From: Hemiscyllium ocellatum
Taxonomy: Eukaryota
NCBI RefSeq assembly: GCF_020745735.1
Contig: NC_083411.1
Coordinates: 23,395,263 to 23,459,262, forward strand
Length of the DNA: 64,000 nucleotides
Direction: 5' to 3'
This document shows, one piece after another, positions 1-12,060 of this stretch. A model generated the notes under the pieces. That model saw only the letters and a list, made by a program, of their open reading frames with translations. It made no database searches and was not told the origin of the DNA. A program made the position numbers and the translations under genes. Position 1 is the first letter of the stretch. Each line of letters opens with the position of its first letter.

Positions 1-10
1 ATTTTGCAGG

Positions 11-80
11 AGAATCGATTCTCCTGCTCCTCGGATGCTGCCTGACCTACTGTGCTTTTCCAGCACCACACTCTCGACTC
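11..80 (+). repeat. Penelope-like terminal repeat (pLTR) fragment, family A, downstream of the hammerhead
   Basis: tcgattctcctgctcctcggatgctgcctgacctactgtgcttttccagc matches the 3' terminus of the Penelope element at 26572-26640. Confidence 0.8.
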
Positions 81-483
81 ATAACATACAGAGTTGTAAT
101 CTATAGTGCTAATGTCACAGAGCTTACTCTGTTTGGTATCCAGTCAAGTTTGATTTTATTCAAACAAATGAAGTTTAGTGATGTAATTCCATCAGTAATT
201 GCTTGATTCTTTTGGATTCTGTTTTTAAAATATTAACTGTCCTTAACAGTTTCATGATAAAGGAAATTGATGTCTCAATGAGAAACATTAAAAGGGAAGA
301 ACAACCATTAAACTGGTTAGGACACAATGGGGAAACTTTGCAGCAGAAACTATGTAAGATAATTATCAGTTTAAAAATCAACTAGCATAAACTCTAGGAG
401 TAGACCTGCAGATGAGATGTATTCCAAAGTCTGTTTGCAGGATCATCTTTATGCAAGAAAAGGTGAGACATGTAGATAAGAGG

Positions 484-1483
484 ACCAGTGGTGTGCCACA
501 AGGATCGGTGCTGGGTCCACTGTTTTTCGTCATTTATATAAATGATTTGGATGGGAACATAGGAGATATAGTTAGTAAGTTTGCAGATGACACCAAAAAA
601 ATTGGAGGCATAGTGGACAGCAAAGAAGATTACCTCAGAGTACAATGGGATCTTGATCAGATGGGCCAATGGGCTGAGGAGTGACAGATGGAGTTTAATT
701 TAGATAAATGTGAGGTTCTGCATTTTAGAAAGGCAAATCAGAGCAGGACTCATACACTTAATGGTAAGGTGCTGGGGAGTGTTGCTGAACAAAGAGACCT
801 TGGAGTGCAGCTTCATAGTTCCTTGAAAGTCGAGTGGCAGGGAGATAGGATAGTGAAGAAGGCGTTTTGTGTGCTTTCCTTTATTGGTCAGAGCATTGAG
901 TATAGGATTTGGGAGGTCATGTTGCAGCTGTACAGGACATTGGTTAGGCTACTTTTGGAATATTGCATACAATTCTGGCCTCCTTTCTATAGAAAGGATG
1001 TTCTGAAACTTGAAAGGGTTCAGAAAAGATTTACAAGGATGTTGCAGGATTTGAACTATAGGGAGAAGCTAAATAGGCTGAGGCTGTTTTCCCTGGAATG
1101 TCGGAGACTGAGGGGTGATCTTATAGAGGTTTATAAAATCATGAGGGGTATGGATAGGATAAATAGACAAGGTCTTTCCCTTGGGGTGGGGGAGTCCAGA
1201 ACTGGAGGGTATTGATGTAGGCTGAGAGGGGAAAGATATAAAAGGGACCTGAGGGCCAACTTTTTCACGCAGAGGGTGGTGCGCGTATGGAAGCGGTGGA
1301 GGCTGATACAATTACAGCATTTAAAAGGCATCTGGATGAGTGTATGAATGGGAAGGGTTTAGAGTATTATGGGCCAAGAGCTGGCAAATGGGAATAGATT
1401 AGGGTGGGATATCTGGTCGGCATGGACAAGTCAGATTGAAGGGTCTGTTTCCATGCTGTACATCTCTATGACTCTATGACTCT
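484..1483 (+). mobile_element. CR1-clade (HER1-like) LINE, 5'-truncated, RT C-terminus and 3' UTR, pseudogenised
   Basis: [39 protein letters not shown] motifs; in-frame stop at 682-684; tctatgac tail repeats at 1464-1483. Confidence 0.95.
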
Positions 1484-1728
1484 AAGAGGGGAAAGTTGAT
1501 TTTAAAAAAATGATTTTCTTATGTCCTTATGGTGGTTTGGACATTTGTACAATTGGATAAACCTGAAGGGCTGAACCTTTTTTGGCTACATGTCAATTTT
1601 GTCAAGTTTCTTTGAGAGTTTCTCACCATGAGGCCTAGTAAGATCTTCCACTATACCTTACCAAATTCACCCCATTATCTCCCCTAACCCTATCCCTCTT
1701 GTCTGCTCCAATCCTAATCCTAACCCTA

Positions 1729-2220
1729 GAGAGTGGTGAGCCTGTGGAATTATCTGTCACAGAAAACAGTGAATGTTTTCAAGAAAGAGTTGAATATTGG
1801 GTGCCATGTTGGCTCAGTGGTTAGCACTGCTGCCTCACAGTGCCAAGGACCTGGGGTTTGATTCGAGCCTTGGATGACTGTCTGTTGGCGTTTCCACATT
1901 CTCCTTGTGTCTGTGTGGGTTTCCTCTGGTTTCCTCCCACAGTCCAAAGATGAGCAGGCTTGGTGGATTAGCCATGCTAAATGTAGAGTGTAGGGGTGGG
2001 ATGTGCCTGGGTTGGGATGCTCTTTGGAGGATCAGTGTGGATGCGATGGGGCAAATGGCTGCTTCCACACTGTAGGGATTCTATATAGTTCTTAGAACTA
2101 AAGGGATCAAAGATAAAGTAGGAACAGAATACTGAATTGGATCATCCATGATCATATCAAATGGTGGAACACATTCAAAAGGCGGAATTGATACTCCTGC
2201 TCACATTGTATATGTTTCTA
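1729..2220 (+). mobile_element. Old CR1 3' fragment interrupted by an HE1 SINE
   Basis: gagtggtgagcctgtggaatt (RVV.LWN) at 1731-1800 resumes at ~2085 (ttcttagaactaaagggatcaaag...tatgtttcta). Confidence 0.7.
1799..2083 (+). mobile_element. HE1-type tRNA-derived SINE
   Basis: Box A tggctcagtgg, box B-like gtttgattc, conserved core (ttctcc..gtgtctg.gtgggtttcctc), CR1-like tail cactgtagggattcta. Confidence 0.9.
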
Positions 2221-2839
2221 CAACTAACCCATGAGAGAAAGGGTTTAGCTACAATGAACTCTGCCTTTTTCAGAAGTGAACACAACATGAGTGAAGAGAA
2301 GGTCAGAGAAACGGACAATTTTTAGCAGAATCAAATTGTAATTGGGAGCTTGACTTAGTTCAAAAGCTGGCTTTAAAAGGAATCCTGGGGTTTGTAGATT
2401 CAATTACAATGAAATGAAATTGTAAAGATGTTATTATCCAAATAATTGAACTATATCCATAACCTTAATAGCACAATCCAAGTTAAAGTCCATAACAGTC
2501 GTAATTTTAAGTTGATTTATAGATAGTGCTATCATTTTATGAAATAAAAAGCTAAACCTTTTTATATTTTGACATAGGCATAAATGCTGTCATGCATAGT
2601 AACGGAGCTACCATCTTTTAGATTCATAAAAGGCTGAGAAGCCTCTGCACTGCCTTTCTGTAATGAAGGAATATGCCGTCAACATTTCATAATTTAAACA
2701 TGTCAGAGTGTCTCTGAGTTACTTCATAGATAGGATGATATTCAAAATTCATAGTTTTAAACAAATGTATTTAAGAATTAGTACCTGGCTATTGAAGACT
2801 AACTTAATGAAGAGAGTTATATTTGGCTATGATGCCAAT

Positions 2840-3140
2840 GGGGAGCTGTTGGCCAAGTGATATTGTTGCTAGAGTGTTCATCCAGAGATCAGTTAATCTT
2901 GCAGACTCTAGTTCAAATCCTGTATATGACAAATGGTGGAATTTGAATTCAATTTTAAAGTTGCTAATTAGTGTCTACCGATGGCCATGAAACCATGGTT
3001 GTGGGGGAAAAACATCTGCATAACAATGTCCTTTTGGGAAGAAAATACTGTCCTTACCTGGTCTTGTCAATACTGACCCTTAAATACCCTCTGGATTGGG
3101 CAATAAATATGAGCGTGGCTTGTGAATGATTTAAAGAAAA
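2840..3140 (+). mobile_element. Bipartite tRNA-headed SINE (5' end plus 3' tail of the LINE at 14262-18032), degraded
   Basis: Box B agttcaaatcc, ggtggaatttgaattcaat, ccatgaaaccat, gtccttacctggtc, then tail gggcaataaat. Confidence 0.75.
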
Positions 3141-3407
3141 TAAATATTTTTTGATTTATTTTATTCATGTTTGTTTTCTTCTCCTATTTTCATCCCATGG
3201 AAACCTTTTATCTTCCTCACTAAGACATTTTAATAGAATTACCTAGTTCAGGACTTCCTGCCATTCTTTCCACTATGCAACATCCTGTGACATAGGAGAC
3301 TGAGATGTAACTTGATCCCATGTTTCTGGTTGTGCTGATCTTGAGCGGGCTGCTGATACACGAGCAATAATCTAACTTGGTTCCCTACTAATAGGGGCAA
3401 AAGTATT

Positions 3408-3573
3408 GGGGATTCATTTTGACTTTGTATATTAGCATTCTACAGGTGATTGTGAATTGGCAGCCAACCTTTACCATTGACTTCAATAGAAATAAAAACC
3501 AGGAGAAATGTACGATGGGCTGCTAACACTTATCATTCATTTTACATTATCGCACAAAGTTAAAACTTACCTC
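3408..3573. repeat. Ancient palindromic MITE-like element
   Basis: Nested imperfect inverted repeats: ttttgactttgt/acaaagttaaaa and tggcagcc/ggctgcta; internal attgacttcaat palindrome. Confidence 0.5.
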
Positions 3574-4515
3574 ATTACCTGGGATTGTAGTGAGTTCTGG
3601 TAAATCTTCTATTGGTTAGATCCCCTGTGGTGTCCTTCCCTTCGATACAGTCAGCAAAATGGACCTTGCTGATGTCCCTATGATGTGCATTTAAACAACA
3701 GAGTTCCTCCTTTGAACCATTTATTGCTCTGCACTACACTGGACTCCTGCCACCTTGAATGTGAGCATCATGAACATTGTAACAGCTTGATGGCAAACAT
3801 TTGCATATCTATTATTTGTTGCTGTTTAACAAGCCTATAAACCACAAAAAAGAATCATTAATGGTACTCTTTGCATTAACAGACATAGTAAGGATTCACT
3901 GGAAGAATTTTAAGCGCATGGACAATATGAGCAAGTATTATGTCAGTGCTTGTATTTGAAATTACATACTTGAATTAGCTTTAGTATCTGATTTTTTAAA
4001 ATATGATCTTAAACATTTTTAATGCTGGAATTTTAAAGCTTGTTCTTCTCTCATAAAAGTCAGCAAATTACCGATCCATTCTCTGTACCAACAATCAGTA
4101 AAAGTTTTACAGCCGCTTTAAAAATGTTATTCATTCTTGTCCAGATCTCAATGAGTTGGTGATTTGTCTTGAGGTTAAAAAGGCAATTAAATGGATGAAA
4201 TACACATTTGTTTTCATCCCAGTGTAGCATCTGGAAATTAAAATGGAGTTTTTGCCTGCCTTAATCAAGGAAGACTTTGCTGTCCAAATCATAGGGAAAG
4301 AGAAAATAGATGAGACACTTGACAGGTGAACCATTGATAAAAGGGAAGATGCTATACTTAACGTTGGTAAATCACCAGTACTGGTGAATCCAAGAAATAC
4401 AGAAGGAAAGAAGGTGGAAATTGTGGTGGCAATGCATAATCTTTGAATCTTGCTTGGATGCAGGGTGGTGCCAGGGAACCGGTGAATTGAAAATTTTATG
4501 TCATTGTTCAAGAAA

Positions 4516-4728
4516 TGGAGGTGCCGATGTTGGACTGGGGAGTACAAACTTAAAAATCACACAACACCAGGTTATAGTCCAACAGGTTTAATTGGAAGCA
4601 CTAGCTTTTGGAGCACCGCTCCTTCATCAGGTGGTTGGGACAACCACCTGATGAAGGAGCGTCTCTCCGAAAGCTAGTGCTTCCAATTAAACCAGTTGGA
4701 CTATAACCTGGTGTTGTGTGATTTTTAG
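4516..4728. mobile_element. Palindromic non-autonomous Penelope-terminus element (family C) with hammerhead motifs on both strands and a 14-bp TSD
   Basis: 87-nt arms 4551-4637 and 4641-4727 (5 mismatches), 3-nt loop; TSD cattgttcaagaaa 4502-4515 / cattgtttaagaaa 4729-4742. Confidence 0.85.
4645..4679 (+). ncRNA. Minimal type I hammerhead ribozyme (intact core)
   Basis: cac-CTGATGA-a-ggag(cgtct)ctcc-GAA-AGCT-A-gtg: helix I cac/gtg, helix II ggag/ctcc, palindromic AGCT helix III, CUA cleavage triplet. Confidence 0.75.
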
Positions 4729-5359
4729 CATTGTTTAAGAAAGATGTGTAGAAGAGTTTAGCAGCCAGAGGCCAGTCAGTTGAACCTCGATGATGCAAGC
4801 ATAGAATAATTTAGGGAAAAAAATCTATCACTTGGATAAATGTGCATTAATTAAGGAAAGCCAACATGGATTTGTTAACAGCAAGTCTTGTTTAACCACC
4901 TTGATTGAGCTTTTTTAAATGAGGTAACTGAGAGTGTATGTGGCGCACATGATTTCCAAAAAAATTTCATAAAATGGCACAGAGAGATTTGTCAGCAAAA
5001 GTAAGGTCTATGGAATTGACCAACAAAATTAACTGAATGACAGGAAGCAAAGAAAATAGTGGTTAATGTTTTGTTCACAGTCTAAAGAAAGTTATACTGT
5101 GGGGTTCCTTTGTTGTCAGTCTTAAGACCCCTTTCCCTAATACTGCACATATTTTACTGACATAGACCTGAGTGTACAGAGAACAATTGCAAACTGTGAT
5201 GATGACACAAATGGACATTGTGAACACCAAGAGGATGGGTGATAAACCTTAAGAGGAGCACACGGAAAATCTGGAAGAATAGGCAGGTATGCGACATGTG
5301 AAATTAAATGCAGAGAGATAGAAGTGGTTCATTAGGTCAGAAGAATCATAGGAAATTGG

Positions 5360-6306
5360 AATGATATGAAGATCTGGTCGAAGGAACTGAGGGCATTGTT
5401 GCTAAATTTGCAGATGACACAAAGATAGGTGGAGAGACAGCTAGTGTTTGGGAATGGGGAAGCTGAAGAAGAGCTTGGACATGCCAGGCAAGTGTGTAAA
5501 GAGGTGGCAGATGGAATACAATGTGAAAAAGTATGAGATTGTACATTTTGTTAGGTAGAATAGAGGTGTAGACAATTTTCTAAGTGGGGGAAAGATTTTG
5601 GAAATCTGAAATGCAAAGAGACTTGGAAGCCCTAGTTCAGGATTCTCTTAAGATTAGCATGCAGGTTCAGTTGGCAGCTCGGAAAGAACTGCAATGTTGG
5701 TATTTATTTCAAGAGGGAAGGGAGCAAGAGCTGAGATGTACTGCTGAGGCTGTATCAGTCTCTGGTTAGACCACATTGAGAATACCATGATTAGCATAGG
5801 ACTCCGTATCTAAGGAGATGTCCAGTGGAGATTTACAAGGATGATCCAAGTGTTGAAGGGCTTGTCATGTGAGGAGCAGTTGAGGACTCTGAAATTGTAC
5901 TCATTGGAGTTTAGAAGGATGAGGGGGATCTGATTGAGACTTACAGAATACTGAGAGGCTTGGTTGGAGTGCATGCGGAGAAAATGTTTTCACTAGTTAG
6001 GGAGACCAGGACCTGAGGACACAGCCTCAGAGTGAAGGGGCAACTTTGTAGACTGAGATGAGGAGGAATTTCTTCAGCCAGAGTGTTGTGAATCTGATAA
6101 ACCATTTGCTGTAATGGGCTGTGGAGGCCAAATCATTGAATGTATTTAAGACAGAGATAGATAGTTTCTTGATTAGAATGGGGATCAAGGGTGATGGGGA
6201 GAAGGCCAGAAGATGGGGTTGAGAAACACATCAACCATGATCAAATGATGGAGCAGTGTAGATGGGCTGAGTGGCCTAATTCTGCTCTTAGATTTTATGG
6301 TCTTAT
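5360..6306 (+). mobile_element. CR1 LINE 3' fragment nested in the older CR1
   Basis: aaatttgcagatgacacaaag (KFADDTK), aggggggatctgattgag-like (RGDLIE), 3' UTR ending ttttatggtcttat. Confidence 0.85.
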
Positions 6307-6986
6307 TCTGCTACAAAGAGAAGCAATATAAAATGAAGTGCACAAATGTATAAGAGGTGCAACAGCAAAGGAAGCTGGGAGTATATGTGTGTAATTCATC
6401 AAAGATCACAATACAGGGTGAAAAACAATTAATGAAGCATAAGGACCTTGCTTTATGACTAGGGGCATATCAGAGCACAGGAGCAAGAGAGTTATGATAA
6501 ACTTGTATAAACAGTGTTTCAGCCTCAATTTATGCTTTGTGTCCAGTTCTGGGCACCACACGTAAGAAACATGAAAGAGCTGTAGAAAAGAAGTACTGGA
6601 ATGTTCCAGGACTGAGGAACTTCAGTTATACGGATGGATTGGAGAAACTGGAGATTTTCTCTTTGGAGAAAAGAAGATTAAATGGGATTTCATACAGCTT
6701 ATCAAAATAATGAAGAGTCTGGACAGTACAGATAGAGAGAAACCTTTCCAACTGACAGAAGAATTGAGACGCAGAGAACATTGATTGATTGTAATTGGCC
6801 AAAGATGCAAAAGCCTCACAAACAAAAAGAGTTTTATGCACTGGGTAGTTTGGATCTGGTATACACTGCCTGAGAGTCTGGTGCAAGCAGATTCAATTGT
6901 GACTTTCAAATTATGTGAAGAGAATAGAAATTTGCGTGGCAATCTGTGAGGGAAAGGCAGGAGGTGGCTTGGACAGGATGGGACAA

Positions 6987-7371
6987 CATAGAACATAGAA
7001 CAATACAGCGCAGAACAGGCCCTTCGGCCCTCAATGTTGTGCCGACCTTGTGAACTATTCTCAGCTCGTCCCCCTACACTATCCCATCATCAGCCATGTG
7101 CTTATCCAAGGATTGTTTAAATCTTCCTAATATGGCTGTGTTAACTACAGGTAGGGCATTCCACGTCCTTACCACTCTCTGAGTAAAGAACCTGCCTCTG
7201 ATATCTGTCTTAAATCTATCACTCCTCAATTTGTAGTTATGCTCCCTCGTACAAGCTGATGTCATCATCCTAGGAAAAAGACTTTCACTGTCTACCCTAT
7301 CTGATCCTCTGATCATCTTGTATGTCTCTATCAAATCCCCCCTTAGCCTTCTTCTTTGCAATGAGAACAGA
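6987..7371 (-). mobile_element. CR1 LINE 3' end nested in the older CR1
   Basis: ORF 7074-7361 RRLRGDLIETYKMIRG...FFTQRVVRTWNALP; tail catagaacatagaac. Confidence 0.9.
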
Positions 7372-9649
7372 CAAATAGTTCCCTTCTGTGTTGTATCATT
7401 TCCATTGTTCTATATTGAGACTATGTGAGTTATTGTTGCAGAGACTGGACACAGGCATGTGCTGACTGATATTGCTCTGTGCTTTAACCATTCTATGATT
7501 TAATGCATTGAGAAGTGTTTCTGTGAAGACATGAGGGTGGGAAAAGTGATGATTCGAAAGTTATGTTTGAGAGTTTGGTGATTGAGAAGAGCAAGCTGAG
7601 TTAGGAATGATATCTTTATACAAAGCCCTCCTAAGTTTCTTCCATTGAATCAATGACAGTTATTGTTGAACCAAGAGATAATAGATATTTAATCCAGCTG
7701 CTTGATGGAGAATCATTGAGTTCTGGTTATGGCCTTACCCCAAGTTTACCCTGAACCTTAAACTGAGTCTGAGGAAGCTGCTCTTCCATAACTAATAAAT
7801 CAGACATAACTTGAGAGTTGAACTGTTTTCCATTTTCTCAGTTCTTTCATTTCATCATGGACAGTAAGATGTAAATAGGAACATTTCAACCATTGATATT
7901 ACCTGCAGTAAAACGTTGCATGTACTGAAAACATCACATAGGCAGAATTGTCTTCCAATTTCACTTTTGATCTACTGGTGATAATTCTTCCCACGTCCCA
8001 TTTTACCAATACACTAAGCAACAGTTTACACCTTTTTCCATGAAATAAATAAAGCTCCAATTTGTTTGACCTTTCTGTGATTTTTAAGGTTTTAGGTGAA
8101 TTTTCCTCCTATTTTGTGTTATCATTTCTTCTGGGAATGCCAAAGGTGAGGTGATACTAGGCTTCAAGAGGTGGCAATAATGTGTGTAGGCATCCTCTAT
8201 TAAAAGATTAGGTCTCTTATGGCCTCCACTCCTCTCATCTGGCTGCAATCAGACTAGTCTTACAGCCATTAACAGGAGATTAACTCCAATCTTCAGGACA
8301 TGTTTATTCCTGAGCTCCTTTGCTTGTAATTTTTTTCACTGTAGTCATATTCCCACTATCGGTCCAGCAAGCTTGTCCTCTTTTCAGTAGCCGGCTGCTT
8401 TCTAACAGTGAGAAACTGCCAAATATGACAAAGTAACTCGGATATAATAAAATGGATCAGGGTTGGGGTGCATATCAGAATAAGCGCAAATGAGTTCAAA
8501 CCTTTTTTATTTAGTTAATGAGGCTGGGGATGAACTGATATTTAAAAGAAAACCTGATTCATAGGTCAGCATTTTCCTGCGGCCTTCAGATTCCAATGTC
8601 TAGATAAAGGAGTCCTGAAATCCACCACAGCTGTCAGCCAGATGAGGAGGCCTGTTACCCACGAGATGGCTTTCTAAATGACAGTCTCTGAGTTCACCAC
8701 ATAATTAATGATGATGGGAGGCCTTTTGAGGCTGCAGTTCTATCAGAACCCTAGGGGATTGATAGTTCTACTGACAGACTTGGCCACTGTTGGGTCAAGT
8801 CAGAGATTACATGAGCACCTGTTATGGAGGTACAGTTGGAGAAGTAAAAGTCTACACATTTTTTAAAAGGATTCAAGCAGCCTGACTGATTTGATCAAAG
8901 CAGATGCGCCCTTTGATGCCATTATTTGGTACCCCCACCCTCTTAAAGAGAGACTTACTGGTTTTCCTAAACAGTATGGCCCACTCCACCACTGAAAACA
9001 TGCAACGAGCCCTCCAGTAGTTGGGTCACTCCACATTCAGATTTGTTGCCAGTCACCTTACATCATTTAACTGATCTGCATGCCAGTCTGCTCCCTGGAA
9101 ACCTCCCAATGTTGGGAAAGTGTTGGAGAGATTTCCCAACAGGCCTCACCGCCATTTTCTCTCGCCTTAGGGCAGGCAAAATTCTGCTGAAAGATTTTTG
9201 TCAGGCAAACATATTAATGGGTACAGAATTAAAAGTGAACAGATGGAGTTGAATATATATCAACTTTGCTCGAAATGTACAACAGAAGAGCTCAAAAGAA
9301 CAGGTGCCTTCTCCTTTCCTTGTAAAAAGCTTTTATATATAATTAGACCAGTATTTTCCTTTGTCAACCTCATGTTATTGTGAATCACTTATAGAACCAC
9401 TTGGACAAATAAGGCTGAATACTGAGAAATGCAGAGCTATTTTTCTAGTGAAACATTATCTTTCAGCATTTTCTGGTCCAGACCTTTATGATTTATTCAT
9501 AAAAAATCAAACAGTTTTGACTTAACCTCTTACAAGTTTACACTCACTGCTATAAATGTAACTGTCCGGCCTTCTTCAATGCTATATAATGCAGACAGAA
9601 AAGCCACCTGCTCCTTCCAGCAGTCTAATCTAACGGAGCTGAATTAAAC

Positions 9650-9860
9650 AAGAACCAAAATTGCTGCAGAAACTCAGTGGATCTGGCAGCATCCCTGCCA
9701 AGAAAACAGAGTCACCCTGTCAAGTCCAGTGACACTTCTTCAGAACTTGTTAAAACTTTAACTCTGTTTTCCCGCTAGAGATGCATCCAGTCCTGCTGAG
9801 TTTCTCTAGCAATTTCTGTCTTTGTTGGTTTCAGATCTCCAGCATCCACCTTCCTTTGAA
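9650..9860. repeat. Degenerate inverted pair of Penelope pLTR family B
   Basis: gaaactcagtggatctggcagcatc (-) opposite gatgcatccagtcctgctgagtttc (+); CTGAAGA core on - strand at 9737-9743. Confidence 0.7.
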
Positions 9861-11454
9861 CTTCAGAGTTGAATCAACATCAGGCTTTGTTTATATCAAG
9901 CGCTCTCTTTGGATGTTGCTGCCGTACTGTTTTAACAAGATCTATATCAAAATTATTTGAAAAATTAAACTGTCATACTATAGATTTGAAATTTTGTAAA
10001 ATCCTTCCAAAAATGGAGTCAACTTATACACTGAGAGTAAAAGTAAACTGCCAATGTGAGTACTCATTATCTGTCATTCACCACATGGGGTCTGTTCTGT
10101 TTGGACTTACCTTAAACTCCCATTGATCTTCACAACACAGCCAATATCACCTGCTTGATCCTTTGCACCCAGTTGCAAGGTACCAGGAAGTGTAACATTC
10201 AGTTGTGGAGTGAAACATTGAGGCTGACTACAAGTGTGACTGCACTATGTAATGGCTCAAAAAGAGGGGTCTATTTATGCAAAAACATGATTTTTGGGGT
10301 AGAGGAAATAGTATTGTCTGTATGGCCAACATATGCTCTACAATCTATGGTATGTAAAACTATCTACACAGAGCCATATACAGTGAATGGATCAGTATTA
10401 AATCTGACTGTGTTTCTGCAAGGTACGAGGATGCCATTTTGTAGCACACCGTTTACGGTTCCAAAATCTTTATCCCTTTATCTATTGTGAATGTCTTCAC
10501 TACTTTACCACAGGTCAAGTTAAAACTTCTTTTTTTATGGATTATACAACAAATGAGACATTGTGAGATGCCTTAAATCTCTTCAATGTTAGTCCAATTC
10601 TTTGGCAGGCAGTGGTACAGCTGTTTCCTAAAGCACATTGATAAAAGAATAGTTAAGATATTGGCATTTAGAATTGCCTCAAACCTTTCCAACTTGGAAA
10701 ATTGGTCTTATACCCATAGGCGTTTTCATTAACTCTTTAATTCCTTGCTTTAAATTGTGTGTGCAACCTTAAATATATTGTGCCCTTACAGAAAGTGAAG
10801 GAATGTTTACCCATAGATTCAACGTTTTTATGTCTGGTCAGTTGATCCAGGTAGTTAGTGTTTGACTATGTAATCCATATGTATAATATTAAAGGGCGCT
10901 GAGCTAGATGTGCTGAATTTATTGGTGCCATGCCATTTTGTCATGTACCAAGAAACTCTAAGTATGCCACTCATCATATTGATGAAGGCAGAAAAAGAGG
11001 TGTACAAGGCCCAAATTTGAAACAAGTGCTGGCCCTTTACATTTGCAAATAGTAGGCCTCACACTTGTTTGTGGATTATTGAAGAAATTGCTGCTGGGTT
11101 AGTTTGATGAAAACGAGGTCTCCATGTTGAATAACTGGTCCTTAATGTGACCATGCATGACTTCCACCAAAAAGATACATTTCCTTTATCATACCTCCCT
11201 GAATACAGAGCGATGTGATGGCCCAAAATTCGATTCCAGTTCAACATTAAGCTACCTTTAAATGCAAAGCAAGCAAAGCTAGATTGACAGATTCATGGAA
11301 CAAGTTTTGGCTGGTGCTTAGGGTCTACCCATTCAGATGTAAAAATCATTCAACTAGAGAGCTAAACTGAGTCTGTTTCTAAGCAATCACTTCCAAAAGT
11401 GCAGTACACCCTCTGTATTGCAACAAGCCAAAAGTATACACTTAAAACTATACA

Positions 11455-12060
11455 TTTTATTCATTCATAGAATGTGGGCATTGCTGACTCAGCTAGCATT
11501 TATTATCCATCCCTAATTTCCAAGGAGAGATGACGATGAGCTGCCTTCTAAAACTTCTGCAGTCCTTGCGTTGTAGGTTCACCCACATCGTTGTATATAA
11601 TGATAACATGGTTCCAATCTGTACAGAATGGAGGGGAATGTGCAGCTGGTGGTGTTCCCATGCAACTATTGCCCTTTTCCTTCTCGGCAGTAACAGTATG
11701 GGTTCACTTGGAAAGTGATTTGAGGTACATGTGGTGAATTACTGCAGTGAATCTTGTAGATGAAACACACTACTGTCACTGTGCATTTGTGGTAGAGGCA
11801 TAAATTTTGAAGGTGGTGGTTGAGGTGCCACTCAAGTGGATGGTATCAACTCTCTTGTGTGTTTTTAATACAGCACTTTTCTAGGTAAGTGGAGATTATT
11901 CCATCAAAGTCCTGACTCATGCCTTTAGATGGAGGACAAGCATTGGGAAGGTGAGTTAGTTTGCAGAATTCCTAGCCTCTGACCTGCTCTCGTAGCTATA
12001 GTACTTATCTTACTGGTTCAGTTACTAGTTCTGGTTAACACCCAGGATATTGATATTGAT
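11455..12060 (-). mobile_element. 3' fragment of the jockey/CR1-group LINE family of 14262-18032
   Basis: Same 3' terminus (tgtgggcattgctg..cagcatttatt..ccatccctaatt) and colinear body as 14262-14930. Confidence 0.85.

Larger units (their letters stand above)
4200..7412 (+). mobile_element. Old, highly decayed CR1 LINE (RT region to 3' UTR) split by three nested insertions
   Basis: CR1-like segments at ~4200-4515, 4729-5345, 6310-6986 and 7372-7412 continue across inserts (e.g. agccaacatggatttgtt = SQHGF; gatgatgacaca; gagaaaagaagatta). Confidence 0.75.

Noticed and set aside
688-1215. 175-aa ORF as a functional gene
   Set aside because: C-terminal CR1 ORF2 fragment after an in-frame stop, 5'-truncated
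1799-1880. tRNA gene candidates at SINE heads
   Set aside because: Box A/B present but no full cloverleaf, and they continue into SINE bodies
4551-4727. DNA-transposon MITE or pre-miRNA interpretation of the palindrome
   Set aside because: Asymmetric ends, 12-14 bp TSDs of differing length and a hammerhead core favour a Penelope-type retroposed origin; miRNA status cannot be judged from sequence
8090-9190. Possible old non-autonomous DNA element (ggtgaatttt...aaaattctgc); similar GC-richer tracts at 35235-35390 and 36445-36530
   Set aside because: Termini too short and diverged to support without a repeat library
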